Shown here one piece after another: positions 1-12,984 of a stretch of 64,000 nucleotides of DNA. Under the pieces are notes generated by a model. The model was given only the letters and a program-made list of their open reading frames with translations. It did no database searches and was not told the DNA's origin. How positions within the stretch are numbered: the stretch's first letter is position 1; each line of letters starts with the position of its first letter. The DNA is from the human T2T-CHM13v2.0 reference genome, Homo sapiens. The stretch lies in the NCBI RefSeq assembly GCF_009914755.1, contig NC_060937.1, one strand, 5' to 3'. Position numbers and translations under genes: made by a program.

Positions 1-420
1 GTTACAGTGTGTGGATAGGCCGTGGCTACAGTGTGTGGATGGGCCGTGGTTACAGTGTGTGGATGGGCCGTGGTTACAGTGTGTGGATGGACCGTGGTTA
101 CAGTGTGTGGATGGGCCGTGGCTACAGTGTGTGGATGGACCGTGGCTACAGTGTGTGGATGGGCCGTGGCTACAGTGTGTGGATGGGCCGTGGTTACAGT
201 GTGTGGATGGGCCGTGGCTACAGTGTGTGGATGGGCCGTGGTTACAGCGTGTGGATGGGCCGTGGTTACAGTGTGTGGATAGACCGTGGTTACGTTTTGT
301 GGATAAAGCATGGTTACAGTGTTTAGATAAACCATGGTTACAGCATGTGGATAGGCCATGGCTACAGCATATGGATAGACTGTGGTTGCAGTTATGGGTA
401 GACCGTGGTTACATTGTGTG
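1..420. repeat. 24-bp minisatellite (VNTR), about 17 copies visible, truncated by window start
   Basis: Unit G(T/C)TACAGTGTGTGGATGGGCCGTG, confirmed by the 8-aa periodicity of the ORFs in all three + frames. Copies are near-identical to about 290 and degenerate after that. Confidence 0.97.
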
Positions 421-1197
421 ACTAGATTGTCGTTGCAGTTGCGGATACACTGGTTAAAGTGTGTAGAGTGTTGAGAAACGCTAAGTAGCTTTCAGCCTCC
501 CTGACTGCACCGAGCAACCTTTGGTGTAAAAAATCCTCCAAGGTTTTCGGACACATGCTCAAGTTACAGAACAAAACAACTGCAGGATTCACTTTGTAAG
601 AAGAGAGACTCAGGTGTGTTTCTTGTGTAAGCCACAGTGCTGGAAAAGTAGGATGGCTCCTGGGGATCACCAACCCCACTCCAATCTCAGCCATCATTTC
701 TAGCCATGCAATTGGGTGTATCCCTTAGTATCTTTGATCCCTCCTTGTCTGTAAAAAATGGAAATGAAAATACTCATAGGTTTTATGTGGAGTTTATAAG
801 GCAACTAGTGCACCATATGGAGTGGAGAAGTGCTATTGCTATTATAATTGTGTAATAGTATGTAATACATTGATATGTAATATATTAATATGCAATTATA
901 ATAATAATAGCATTGTTATTATTTCTCCACTTTGGCCCACAAACCTGAATTCAGCCACTTCTGTGTAGAGAGTACTCAGATAAAAAAGAAAAGTGAGATG
1001 CTTACGCTCTAGAAGACCATGATGTGGGACAGAGACGGAAGCATGGGATCTTCTACTGATTGTGAAAGGACGTGCGAAACCCAGGCTGCTGGCCATCCCC
1101 ATGAAGGGCTGCTAGAAGGGTCTACTGAAAATGGCCCACAGTTGGGTGCTAAATGAGGAAACATTATCCAGAAAACTCACTTAAATGGAGCGACTGA

Positions 1198-1624
<427 letters not shown>

Positions 1625-2866
1625 TCACGTCCCCACGGAGAGAATTGTGATGCCCGGACATCACGGGCGCTTCCATGTGGGTGTTTCCGTGGCCAGAGGG
1701 ATTCTGAAATGTGTAGGGACAAGGACCCATTCCAGGGAAGCCAAGTGTCGGCCGCATTCACCACCCGTCCCCTGCAGTCTCACACCTGCCCGAGGAGGCA
1801 GCCCAGCAGTCGGGGGCCCCGAGCTGGGGAGGAACGCAGGCAGCTGCAGCCCCGAGGGAGCCCTGCGCTTGTTTCTAAGAATAGGTGGCTTCCGGGATCT
1901 GGAGTTCGGTTTTTCTAAATACACCTCAGCCCGGAGACTCGGAGGCAGGCAATGGGGCCAAGTAGGCAGCCTTGGGAGTGACATCACGGTTTCCTCTTTT
2001 AAGGCGATTCTGAGGCTTCCTTCTCCCCAGGCCCCTCCCGCCCAGCTGCTGCAGCTGCTCGGAGCCACCTCGGCCTCCACCTCTGCGGAGCTCTGACCTG
2101 CCCTGGCTTGGCTGTGCCTGGGTTTGGGACAGTTCGGTGTGTGTTAAAGAAGCAGAGCTTTAACTGCGTTGAGGGTGTGTTTTCCCTCCTGTCTGCTCTT
2201 CTTACCTGCAGTCCAAACACGTGTGCCTCGGTTGTTTCTAAAGCTTCCCCGTGGACTGCATGACTGAAAATGGACTAAATGATGATTATGTTAAGAAGAC
2301 TTGACAGTGCCACCTTTAGAGGGAAACGCCAAAAGTGGCCCAGAAGGCTGAGGGACAGGGGCCTATGTAAGCTTCACGGGAACAGAATTCCTAAGCTGTA
2401 AGGTAACATTTCTATGCAATATGAAACCTGAGAACAAGGCTTAATAACAGCCCCTCCAGGACGGCGGCAAGCGAGCCCTCAAGCGCAGTCTGCATTTCCC
2501 CAGCCGCAGCCAGGCAGCTGCCGGCACCTTGGGAGGCACTGGGAGCACGCTGGTGACTTCTCTTGGCCAGTAGGTGTGGGCGTGGCTCGGTGCTCCAGAC
2601 ACTACTTGAAAAGGGAAGGTTTCTGGGACTCCTGGCACCGCGGCCTCTCCTCTGCCCAAATTTCAAGATTTATTTTTACTCGTTGAACGACAAAGAGAAT
2701 GAGCCCTGTACTCTGTCATGCTCCAAACTGCTGCCCCATTTTTAGACCACAGAGCAAGATGAATGCTGTTGGAAGGAATGTGTTTATGAGAGAGACAGTT
2801 TTTAATCCATCAGAGAGCAATACTTGCGACTTTAAATATGGCATATGGTGAAAAAGTGTCCCTGTG

Positions 2867-2877
2867 ATGAGTCAGCA
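2867..2877 (-). promoter_or_regulatory. Candidate NF-E2/NRF2-sMAF (MARE/AP-1 composite) site
   Basis: Minus strand reads TGCTGACTCAT with an AT-rich 5' flank, a full match to TGCTGA(G/C)TCA(T/C). Motif match only. Confidence 0.4.
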
Positions 2878-3485
2878 AAAAAAATTATTTCACCCCTCAC
2901 ATATACGAGGGTTTGATTAGCTCACTGATTGCAGTTTTACTAGTGTGCAGCACAGACTCAAATTTAAATATAGCTTGAGGGAAAACTCTGACATCAGAAT
3001 TTGTGCATGATAAACTGTGTTGCTCAAACTTCAAAGGTCTGGTCTCCACTGCTTCCGGGACCTCCCCCTGCCTCCCAGGGGACAGATTCCTCGTGTGATC
3101 CCACAGGCCAGCTGCTTCAAAGCTGTGTCTTTCCTTGGGCCCCTTCTGACCCATTGGCTCCCCTGTCTCCACTCCTCACGGTCTGCCCTCACCCTCTGTG
3201 ATCATGGCTGTGGCCCTGCGATCTCCATCCTGTCTCCTTGTGACAGATTTTCCACCTCACCCTTTCTTTAAGCAGCTGACACTCAGACCCATCCTTCCTT
3301 TGTGTCTGATGTCTTTGGTTGGGTTTATAAAGGCAAGACACTTCTCCCAACCCATGCAGGACGTCCTCACAGATCAGCTTCTTCAAGGAGACCTAGCCCA
3401 GCCCGTGAATGAGTGGTGGCAGCGCTGGCAGCATGAGAACAGGAGTTGAAACCTGCTCTCACCCCGGCCAAAGATCACATCGCTT

Positions 3486-3610
3486 CCCTTTCCTATAAAG
3501 TAGTGCATCATGTGGAGGACATTTCGTGTCTGTAAAGTACCATCACCCTTTTCTATAAAGTAGTGCATCATGTGGAGGACATTTCGTATCTGTAAAGCAC
3601 CATCACCCTT
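3486..3610. repeat. 60-bp tandem duplication (about 2.1 copies)
   Basis: CTATAAAGTAGTGCATCATGTGGAGGACATTTCG...CATCACCCTT recurs at a period of 60 with few mismatches. Confidence 0.95.
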
Positions 3611-4309
3611 CTCCCTAATCTGTGCATGTGTGTATCTGTAGAAGTGTGCGTGTGCGAGAATCCACCCTTCATGATTTAATTGAAATCACAGAGCAGTGAT
3701 CAGCAGCAGCGAAGATGACCCTCACAGCTGGGGAGCCCATGCTTGATGTGGTCAGCATTGCCTCCCTGCAGGAGGGCCCGGCTCAGGGAGTCCTTCTCAG
3801 ACCCCTCTGTCTTCCCTATGGTCTATTAATCTCCCCATGCAAGGGAAGATGATGGACATCAAATCGACTGTAGGCTGTGCTCCTCTGTGCGCTCTCACGA
3901 GCACTAACACCTCCCAGCATGATTCTCCAGGACTGCGGCTCCAAGAGGAAAGCTGGCCCCAGAAGCAGGCTGCTGTTCAGGGCCTCCTTGCCTGGTCCAG
4001 TCCTTGCTTAGGTGAACTCCAGCTGACCAAGATAAGCATTCACTGCATTTGGTTTAAGCAGCCTTTCGTGTTTATTGTGTTAGTGGGTGCTTTTCTTTCT
4101 AAAGCAAAAAAAAAAAAAAGTTTAAAAATTTTTAAAACTACCCTACTTCTTTTATGACTTTTACTCCCTTCTCAAAAATATCAGTGTTTCCTAAGTTCGA
4201 TAATAGCATTTGACCAAGTATAGTACACACTTGATGAAATTAACTCAGTTTTATTAAATGCCTATTTTATTGGCATGGGATGATTTAAGATGAAGACTCT
4301 CAGTGTTAA

Positions 4310-4420
4310 CGGCCTCAATTCATTTATTCAAAAAGCATGTATTGAGCCTGCTCTGGGTGCCAGCTACTATGCTAGGTGCAAGGATGTAAATATTCGTAAG
4401 ACACAATCACCCCACTCAGG
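4310..4420 (-). mobile_element. L2 LINE 3' end fragment
   Basis: TTCATTTATTCAAAAAGCATGTATTGAGCCTGCTCTGGGTGCCAGC...TGCTAGG resembles the reverse-complemented L2 terminus. Boundaries approximate. Confidence 0.55.
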
Positions 4421-5794
4421 ATTTTTTGCTGTCTACTTTTATTGTCCTGTGAAGAGGAAAGTTTGGAGAGACCCACTCCCCTCCAAAGTGGGTTTCTAGG
4501 TCATGTCCCATCACAGGAGGACCAGGGCTCTTGAGCTCGTTGGGAATTCCAGGAAGACTTCCATGGAAGGTGGCTGGAGTCTCTGTCTCCACAGATTCCC
4601 AAAGGTCACGCAGTGACCCTGCACAGGGAGCCTTGAAACCTTTGCAGTTGGAGCCAGAGGGACTCCACACACCTTCTAGCCCAGCGCTGGGAGTCTGTGG
4701 GTGGGACCCCGAGTGGTGATGTGTTGCACTCAACGCCATGCCATGGGTGAGGAGCAGAACCTGGTCCACACTCACTCTGGTAAACTGACACCCCATTAAA
4801 CCATGTTTTAAAACTTGTGTATTGGGAACTTCACTGAACTCAGCAGTAGTTATTCCATAGGGCAGCTGGAAACCATTCTTTAGGGACTGGAAAGTCCATT
4901 CTCATGCCCTTTGACTTCCTTGATGTTAATTCTAAATGACACATTCTCAGGATGTTTTCCCCAGAGGAATCCTATATGGCAGGGCTGTGTACAGGCCTGA
5001 GAAGCGACAGGGCAGCCTGCGGTTACACTTGACTGAGTAATCCGCTTGTTTAGGGCTGTGGCCGATGAGTCCCTGTTCCCATGGTATCCTAAACGTTTGC
5101 AGTTATTACCAAATCTGAATTCAACCCTCATCTTTTATATTGAAATTCCTTTTTTAAAAAGACATATGTCAAGTGGAAGCTATTTCATTTGTATCTGACA
5201 CTATCTTTTCAAACTGTTTATCCAATCATTTGGGTCCCAAGTGAATTACGAATTCATCAACTTAAGGAAGAAACTTGGAGGTTAAGACTTCTTTTTACGA
5301 TACTCCCTCATTCATGAAAAAATGCGTTTATTTTTAGTAGTGCTTTGGATTCTGTGTTTTGTTTGTTCTTTGGTTTTGTTTCTAGAAGAGTCTTGTTGGA
5401 AGCTCTGTTTCCAGAATGCTGGATTGGCTGTGGTGGGGTCCATAACCCACTGCCTGTATCAAACTCATACTTCAAGAAAATATTAAATAGTTGCAGTATC
5501 TACAGGGCCTCTACAGAGCCCCTTCTGCTATTAGCAGGGATGTGACTTTAGGTCACAAAAGAACTAGAAGCAAAATGGTGACTATCAGAAAACCTTACCC
5601 AATAGGAGTAGCCAGACTTGGTCATTTGTGAGGAGTCCGGCAGCCGGGGTTCCAGCATCTCTGTTGCTTCCCTGCTGTTGCCAGTGTAAATGTTTTATCA
5701 TAGTCAGGATCTGTTGAGTTAAAAGAATATCCAGAGATATAACAATGCATTCTTTGTCTGAGTCATTAAGAATGTTTATGAAGAAGAAATTGAG

Positions 5795-5965
5795 TAGTGA
5801 AAAGCACAGATTCAGAGCCCGGCAGATCTTCCTCTGAAAATTGGCTCTACCGCTTACTAGCGCGATGCCCTTGAGTAATTCTCTAATCTCTGTAAGCCTC
5901 AGTGTTTAGTTCTGCAAAACAGAAGAGCAACACCTTTCTTTCAGGGTCGTCATTGGGATTCGAGG
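5795..5965 (+). mobile_element. MIR SINE fragment
   Basis: GGCTCTACCGCTTACTAGC...CTCTGTAAGCCTCAGTGT...CTGCAAAAC resembles the MIR core. Confidence 0.6.
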
Positions 5966-7837
5966 TAGACAAAGTAATCTTTAGTATCTAGTCACATGAT
6001 CATTGGTCCCCAGGTGCTCGCTAAAAGGCAGCCTCCACCCGTCCTGAGAGTGAACCACTGCATTCTTCAGTGTTCCCGGCTGGCAGGTGTGGACTGCTGG
6101 TTCTCTTCAGTTTGCTCTGAAAATCTCACTTTGCTTTGCCCTTGCTGGATATTTACCCAGGTTTCTTGGGCTCTTTCTGCCCCCACGTGTCTTGCACATC
6201 CCAGCAGGTGTCTCCTCTGGGGCCTTCTCTCCTCTTGGCCCCACACATTCTGTTTGCTCCCAGGGTGGATTTGGAGGGGAGTGGTAACAAAGACCCAAGT
6301 TTTCAACAACAAATGGCAGGAGGTGAAGAACTTCAAATTTGAGATTCTAGGAAAAAAGAGGAGTTTGAAAGAAATACTGAAATACTGAAAGTCACGGTTG
6401 AATATGGTGAGAACTTAAGAGTAAAATAAAGAATCATCAAGAAAACAAGTCAGTCAGTCAACAACTTGACTGATTTAAAAGAACCAATATGAAGAGTCTA
6501 AAGAACTGATTTATTCTTGCATTCACGTTCCAAAGCAATTTAAGTAAACTCAAAGAATGATGCTATAGTTGAAACGTAAATGGAGGAGGACTGGGTATTT
6601 ATCTCCAAGATGCAGGGAGAAAGGTGGGTTTTGAAGAGGAGGAAGCCAGGACAGAATACCCGAAGTCTGCAGGAACCAGGAGCTGGGACCCTCGAGGGCA
6701 GTGGGAGGAGAGACGGTCACAGCAGTGCTGTGAGTCCGCGGGGCTCTTCCGGCCCCTCTGCCTGTGTGTCCACTCAGTATGTGAAAAATGCCTGTGAATT
6801 GTTCACCCAAAAATGTATTGTGCAGCAGCAGATGTCCCCTACCCCATGCAGAAAAAAAGACCATATTAGTACAACGCCTGTCTCATTCCTGTTTCCTCAG
6901 GGGATGCCTGAGAATCCCTTGCTTTAAAATCCTCTCCCGACCCTTATCTAACTGTGGTCAAGAATAATTGTTGGCCATTTCCTGCTCTGGAAACCATCTG
7001 GTCTGCTGTGGTGCCCTCTATCCTCCCTCCTCTTTAACTATAAATTAAGTCCTAAAAGAAAGAAGTAGAAGAACTGAGACAATTTAGGACCAAGAAAGTA
7101 AAGTTAAGAAATAATTGTATTAAGTCTGTAAGTTTAGAAAGGGCTGATAGCCATGGGGCAGGTGGTTGATTTTCATCCTCACCATGTAGAGAATAAGAAG
7201 GGAAAAACTTACATGGAGGATTCTGACTAGCCTGGAGCGAGAACTCACAGTGATTCAGCAAATATCCACACGAACAGCTGCGAAGTATTGTTGATCTCCC
7301 CCTGGTGTCGCCCACCTGGGAGGATTGGCCCACGGTGGTGCTGAAGGCAACAGTATGGAGGTTGGCTTCAAATCCCTTCTGGCAGTGTAAATTCATGAGA
7401 AATGCTGAATACAGTTCATCTCATGTGCTTTTCTTTTGTAAGGTAAAATTGAGCTCTTTCTTTTCTCTAACAAGCTCATTTTAAAGGCTATTTAAGGGAA
7501 ACATAAAATTAAAATATAAAACTGAACCTTTCGCTGGCTCAATTTCTTAATGCTAAATTGCTCTCCCATCCAAGAATAATTTCAAAAGTTTGGAATTTAT
7601 AAATGGCAATACTTGGATGTGGAAATTATGTTAGGACTCCTATTTTTATGAATACAATCCAGTATAATGTAAGGCTATATAAAATGAAATATTTCTGTTG
7701 AAATGTATTTCAATTCTTTGTCTGAGTAGTGAGGATTTTATTATTGGATTTTAGTTACTCAAGTTTCAGCTATATTTAGTGCTGAAATTCTAGGCCATTT
7801 TAAGAGAATCCCACTATAAAGAGGGAAAAAAAAAAAA

Positions 7838-8127
7838 GGCCAGGCCCGGTGGCTCACACCTGTAATCCCACCATTTTTGGAGGCCAAGGTGGATGGATCA
7901 CTTGAGGTCAGGAGTTCGAGACCAACCTGGCCAACATGGTGAAACCCCAACTCTACTAAAAATATAAAAAATAGACGGGCGTGGTGGCACACACCTATAA
8001 TCCCGGCTACTCAGGAGGCGGAAGCAAGAGAATCACTTGAATCTGGGAGGCAGAGGTTACAGGGAGCCGAGATCGCACCACTGCACTCCAGCCTGGGCAA
8101 GGGAGTGAGATGCTGTCAAAAAAAAAA
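7838..8127 (+). mobile_element. Alu (AluS)
   Basis: Dimeric Alu from GGCCAGGCCCGGTGGCTCAC to an A tail. Confidence 0.95.
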
Positions 8128-9903
8128 TTCTTTTTTACATGACTCAGATACAATGAGGGTCAAAGTATCTTTGCCCAAAACATTACTGTAGGACTCATAG
8201 TAAAAACCTTCCAGCAGAATGAGGTGTTGGCCATACCCCCTGCCACTATATGATGACTTTCTCCACCATATCTGTGTGCTGAAGAGTCAGATGGGACAGT
8301 AGAAGCATGAGAGAAAATCCATGCTGGAACCACCTGTGCTTGACTTTGTAAAAAATTTTTCTCACAGGTCTTTAGGTTAAGGATCTTTTAACTCCCTTGA
8401 TAATTTGGCAAATAGGTATTTTATAATCGTAAAACAAGAGAAAACATTGATGTAGTGCTTACTTTGTGCCAGACACTGTTTTGCTCTGTGTGTGCGTGTG
8501 TGTGTCTGTGTGTAATTAACTCACTTATTACTATTTTCCCCCTTTAACATGAGGAGCAGAGAGGCTCAGTAGTTTGCCACTTGTCCACTGTTTCTAACCT
8601 GGTTAGGCTGGTCAGCATTTGAACATGGAGGATAGGACAGTCACATGACATTCGCACAAGTAGAGAGAGGAACGTTGACTTCTGAGTCACAGGTCTTCTC
8701 CTGGTAGCGCCATCATACCTTGGGGATGTTTCACAGCCACAAATCCAAACATGCGTCCCAGACTGCATGACCCGTACCCCAGTTGTGTTGACCTATGTTC
8801 ATTTCCTAACTCGTGCAATTACACAAGGATGGTCTTGGTGCACACGACCTCTCGGTCCATTTTCTGGCCAATATTCAGTTCCTTGTTCTCGCCTTGCCAT
8901 TTGCCACGCTTCAGTCAGTCTTGTTTCCCACACTGCTGCTGGAGAGGTGGGCTCCTCCGCGGGTGGGCCGATGAATTACTTGCCTTTGCCTTTGCTAGAG
9001 TGAGATGCATTCCATCATGTAATACATCAAAACATACACCAGAGTTCTGGCCCATCTGGTGCTCTTTGCTCAGATCCCCTGGCCACTCCCTAATTTTCTC
9101 CACTCCCACAACTTGCTGACATAGATTTGATTTTCAATTCAGAACAAATTCAAAACAAGTAAAAAAGATCTGATGGAATTAGCAGACACATGTCAAATTA
9201 TCCACAGCTTCTTGCTGGAGACACATGGAAAGATAGGGTGCAGCACGTCTCCGGGGACCCAGAGCTGGAGAACTCCTAGCAGCCTCCATTTTCTACAAAG
9301 CCACGGGTCCTCCACAGGGTTGGCCCTAGTGCCCAGAGGTCAACAGTGGAGACCTGTCTCCTCCTGGGAGGACTGGATCTCATATCAATGCGTAAGATGA
9401 TAATTAGGTATTGCCAGCATTCCCCTTACAAATCCTTCAGGCAGGGCAACTTTGGAGCACAGTGGTTGTGTCTTAGGAGGTCCAGCAAAGCCAGTTCCCT
9501 TCAACATTAGAACAAGTCACTCTTCCTTCTACGGAGCACTGCCTGGGAAGTGACTGCCACTGCCATGTTGTGTGACAGAGGACAGTCTTTAAAGGGGTTT
9601 CATTCATTGTGGACAGATACTATATGAAGGCACATAAGGGATTTCCTGATGGGGAGGATGGCAGGGGAGGTGTCCCACGATCTCAGTGCTTGTTCATCCT
9701 GTCTGTGTCTCTCTCTCCACTCCCTGCCCCACTCCTCATGTTGCAAAGTTAAATGAGAACGTGACACATTTTTCCTGTGATTTTCATTTTACATTTTTAG
9801 ATGTGGTCATTATATTCAACTGGATATAACATTTTGTTTCTAATTGAAAACTTTTTCCCCAAAAGTTTTTGTGCTTTTGAAGCAAATGCGAAAGTCCATT
9901 TCT

Positions 9904-10191
9904 GGCAGGGCGCAGTGGCTCATGCCTGTAATCCCAACACTTTAGGAGGCCGAGGAGGGCGGGTAACTTGAGGTCAGGAGTTCGAGACCAGCCTGGCCAA
10001 TATGACGAAACTCCGTCTCTGCTAAAAATATAAAAATTAGCCAGGTTTGGTGGCGCATGCCTGTAATCCCAGCTACTCGGAAGTTTGAGGCACAAGAATT
10101 GCTTGAACTCAGGAGGCGGAGGTTGCAGTGAGCCAAGATCGCGCCACAGCACTTTAGTCTGGGCAACGGAGCAAGATTCTGTCTCAAAATA
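9904..10191 (+). mobile_element. Alu (AluS)
   Basis: Dimeric Alu. TSD AAAGTCCATTTCT at 9891-9903 and 10192-10204. Confidence 0.95.
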
Positions 10192-10309
10192 AAAGTCCAT
10201 TTCTAATTCCATTTGAGGGATATGGAATAAAGTACATAAAAAGTAACGAGTCAAAAGAAAGAAAAGGTTTTAGTGAAAATGAATGTACTCTTCTCCCCCT
10301 TCTATTGTT

Positions 10310-10462
10310 TGTAATAGACTTAATCTTTAAAGCAGTTCTGGATTTACAAAAACAAAAAAATTATTCAGAGTGTACCCATATCCCCTCCCGCTACCTCTCA
10401 CCCCTAGTTCCTCCGATTATTAACATCTTGTATTAGCGTGCTGCATTTGTTACAACTGATAC
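10310..10462 (-). mobile_element. Old L1 (L1MC/L1MD-like) 3' end fragment
   Basis: ATAGACT...AGCAGTTCTGGATTTACA...TATTAACATCTTG...TGCATTTGTTACAA resembles the reversed 3' terminus of L1MC-type elements. Confidence 0.55.
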
Positions 10463-12612
10463 CAGTGTTGGCCTTCCATTATTCTTTTAAATGTGAATCT
10501 GACTCTGGGGATTTGTGTGACTGAATCTCGCAGATTGAGAACGATTTTTAACAACCAGCCATGCTTGTAAAAACATGTGGAAGTTTCTCTGACTCTGAAA
10601 TAAGAGGGACAAGATGGTTCCCATGCAGGCTTGCGTTGGAAATGGGGGAGCGTGCACAGTCTAACTCCATGCCCCGTGTTTTTCTTGAGTAGCCCTCTGG
10701 GTTGAATCACCCTGGACTTCAGCTGAGGCAGGGGGATTGTTTTATGCTCAAGAAAGCTCCAGGAGTGGTAGAATCTGGCCATCAAGATGTTCTGTGAAAT
10801 GGGGCTCTTGTCTTTTCTGGAGAACATGCCTTCTTGGCCCTTTGATCATGAGACATCTCACCACGCCCTCCTTTAACATTGCTAATGATGGGGACTGACC
10901 ACCCCGTCATTAAACCCCATGGCAGTCTAAGATTAAGCCATTCAGAATCTTACTAGAAATGACTAAGCGGACCGTTTTTTCTTGTGAGGAGAGAATTAAA
11001 GGCGGTTTCCAATCCCTAATGATAAAACCAGCATCAAATTGTAGAGAATTGCAATTTCTTTCTTACAAACAGCAAATTTTTGTCTCCTTTCATTTTTTAA
11101 ACTGTTGAACATGTCAGATGGTATGCATAGAGAGATTTCAGAGGTCTAGTCAATGTGCAAATGTTTTGTGGTTTTATTTTGAGTTTGAAGTCAGAGCACT
11201 GAATTCCACAAGGCTTGAGCCTCACTCTCCCTCCTGAGCACCCAGGCTTCACGGACATGACTAATAGGAGTTTATTCACAGCCTGCTACCATCCTTGGTC
11301 ATAACGTTGCTCAAGGCCCGAGCAGGCCTGCCAAGACCACAGTGTAGCCCTGTTAATATCACATGACCGTCGGAGAGTTTTTGGAAAACCTCCTCTGGCC
11401 GACTGTTTATCCGCCCCCATTGATATTTGTCTGAAGATAAGTTATACAGTCTGTTTACTTACAAATGCGTCAGAACAGTCTTGGACTTCTGCACGGAGGT
11501 TCTGCCAAATACAAGTCTAACAGGGAAGTGGTTTGGGCAGCCCCGGAACCGAAGAACCCCTCAGAGCATCACAAGCCATCACTCTGGGTCCCTGTCATTT
11601 AAATAGGGATTCAGGCTTCAGGTTGTCAGTATTTATAGGCTTGATTGGAGGGAAGTAAGCCGTATGAGCACTTTTTAAATGAATTTTTATTTCTCATTTC
11701 CACTTAGTGATGGATGCACATTTTTCCACTAATAAACATTTGAACTTTTTTCAGTTTTTAAGAACATCGTAGGTGGCATATTTCACAATCTTGGCAAGGC
11801 AGACGTTTTTGGAGTAAATCGAAACTGGAGGCCAGAAGTACTGGCTCTGAACTGAACTACCACTTGCAAATCGATGTAGCAGAAGGAATAATGGATCATG
11901 TGGACCACGCAGAAAGCGATCTGAGACGGGCGTGTCAGCCGCATGTGGATGAATAGTCCTTTGTGGGCAGGAAGGAGAGGGAGTGGGTGGGTATGAGGGC
12001 AGGAGAAAGAATCAGCTCTGTGTTTGGGGGCTGTGAGAGGACACTCAGAAGAAGGCTTTTACACCATATTTTATATTCACAAGTTTATTTATGTTATTTT
12101 GAGTCCAACAGAAAGAGTCACAAACGTTAAACTTTAGCAACCCCCTAATGATTGGAAAAGATGGGCAAATCCTTGCTTTAAGAGCAGCTGTATCGTATGG
12201 AGAAGAAGTCATCTCTGCTGGGAAAACTCGCGAACAGATGCAGGCTAAAGCGAAAGATCAACTCTCCACACCATTACATTTTGAAGGGCTTTGAAGTTAT
12301 TTTTAGAAAAACTCAAAAATCTAAATCAAAAATCAGATTTTTTCTTTTTTTTTTTTCCTACTGCTTCCTTTTCCTTTTTCTTCTTCTCTTGTCCCTTCTC
12401 CTTTTTGGTTGTTTCTATTGCTATTTTTACATGTTCCTTTAGGTGGGGGGAAGATAAGGTGTGAAATGTATTCAAGTGCAACTTTTTCAAAATAATAAAA
12501 TACATGTTTATTATGAGGAAAACTCAACTGCCTATAGAAATGACAACGGTAAATGTAAATAAGCAAAAGATCAGAGATATAAGTGTATAGCCATCACTTC
12601 CTTTAGCAATCA

Positions 12613-12984
<372 letters not shown>

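Noticed and set aside
9-421. Repetitive ORFs (MGRGYSVW)n, (VDGPWLQC)n and a CRISPR-like look of the array
   Set aside because: These are artefacts of a stop-free 24-bp unit. The repeats are head-to-tail with no unique spacers, there are no cas genes, and the DNA is human intron.
9784-10254. Alu-derived ORFs here and at 31.0, 38.6, 41.5 and 59.3 kb
   Set aside because: Typical antisense-Alu translations, not genes.
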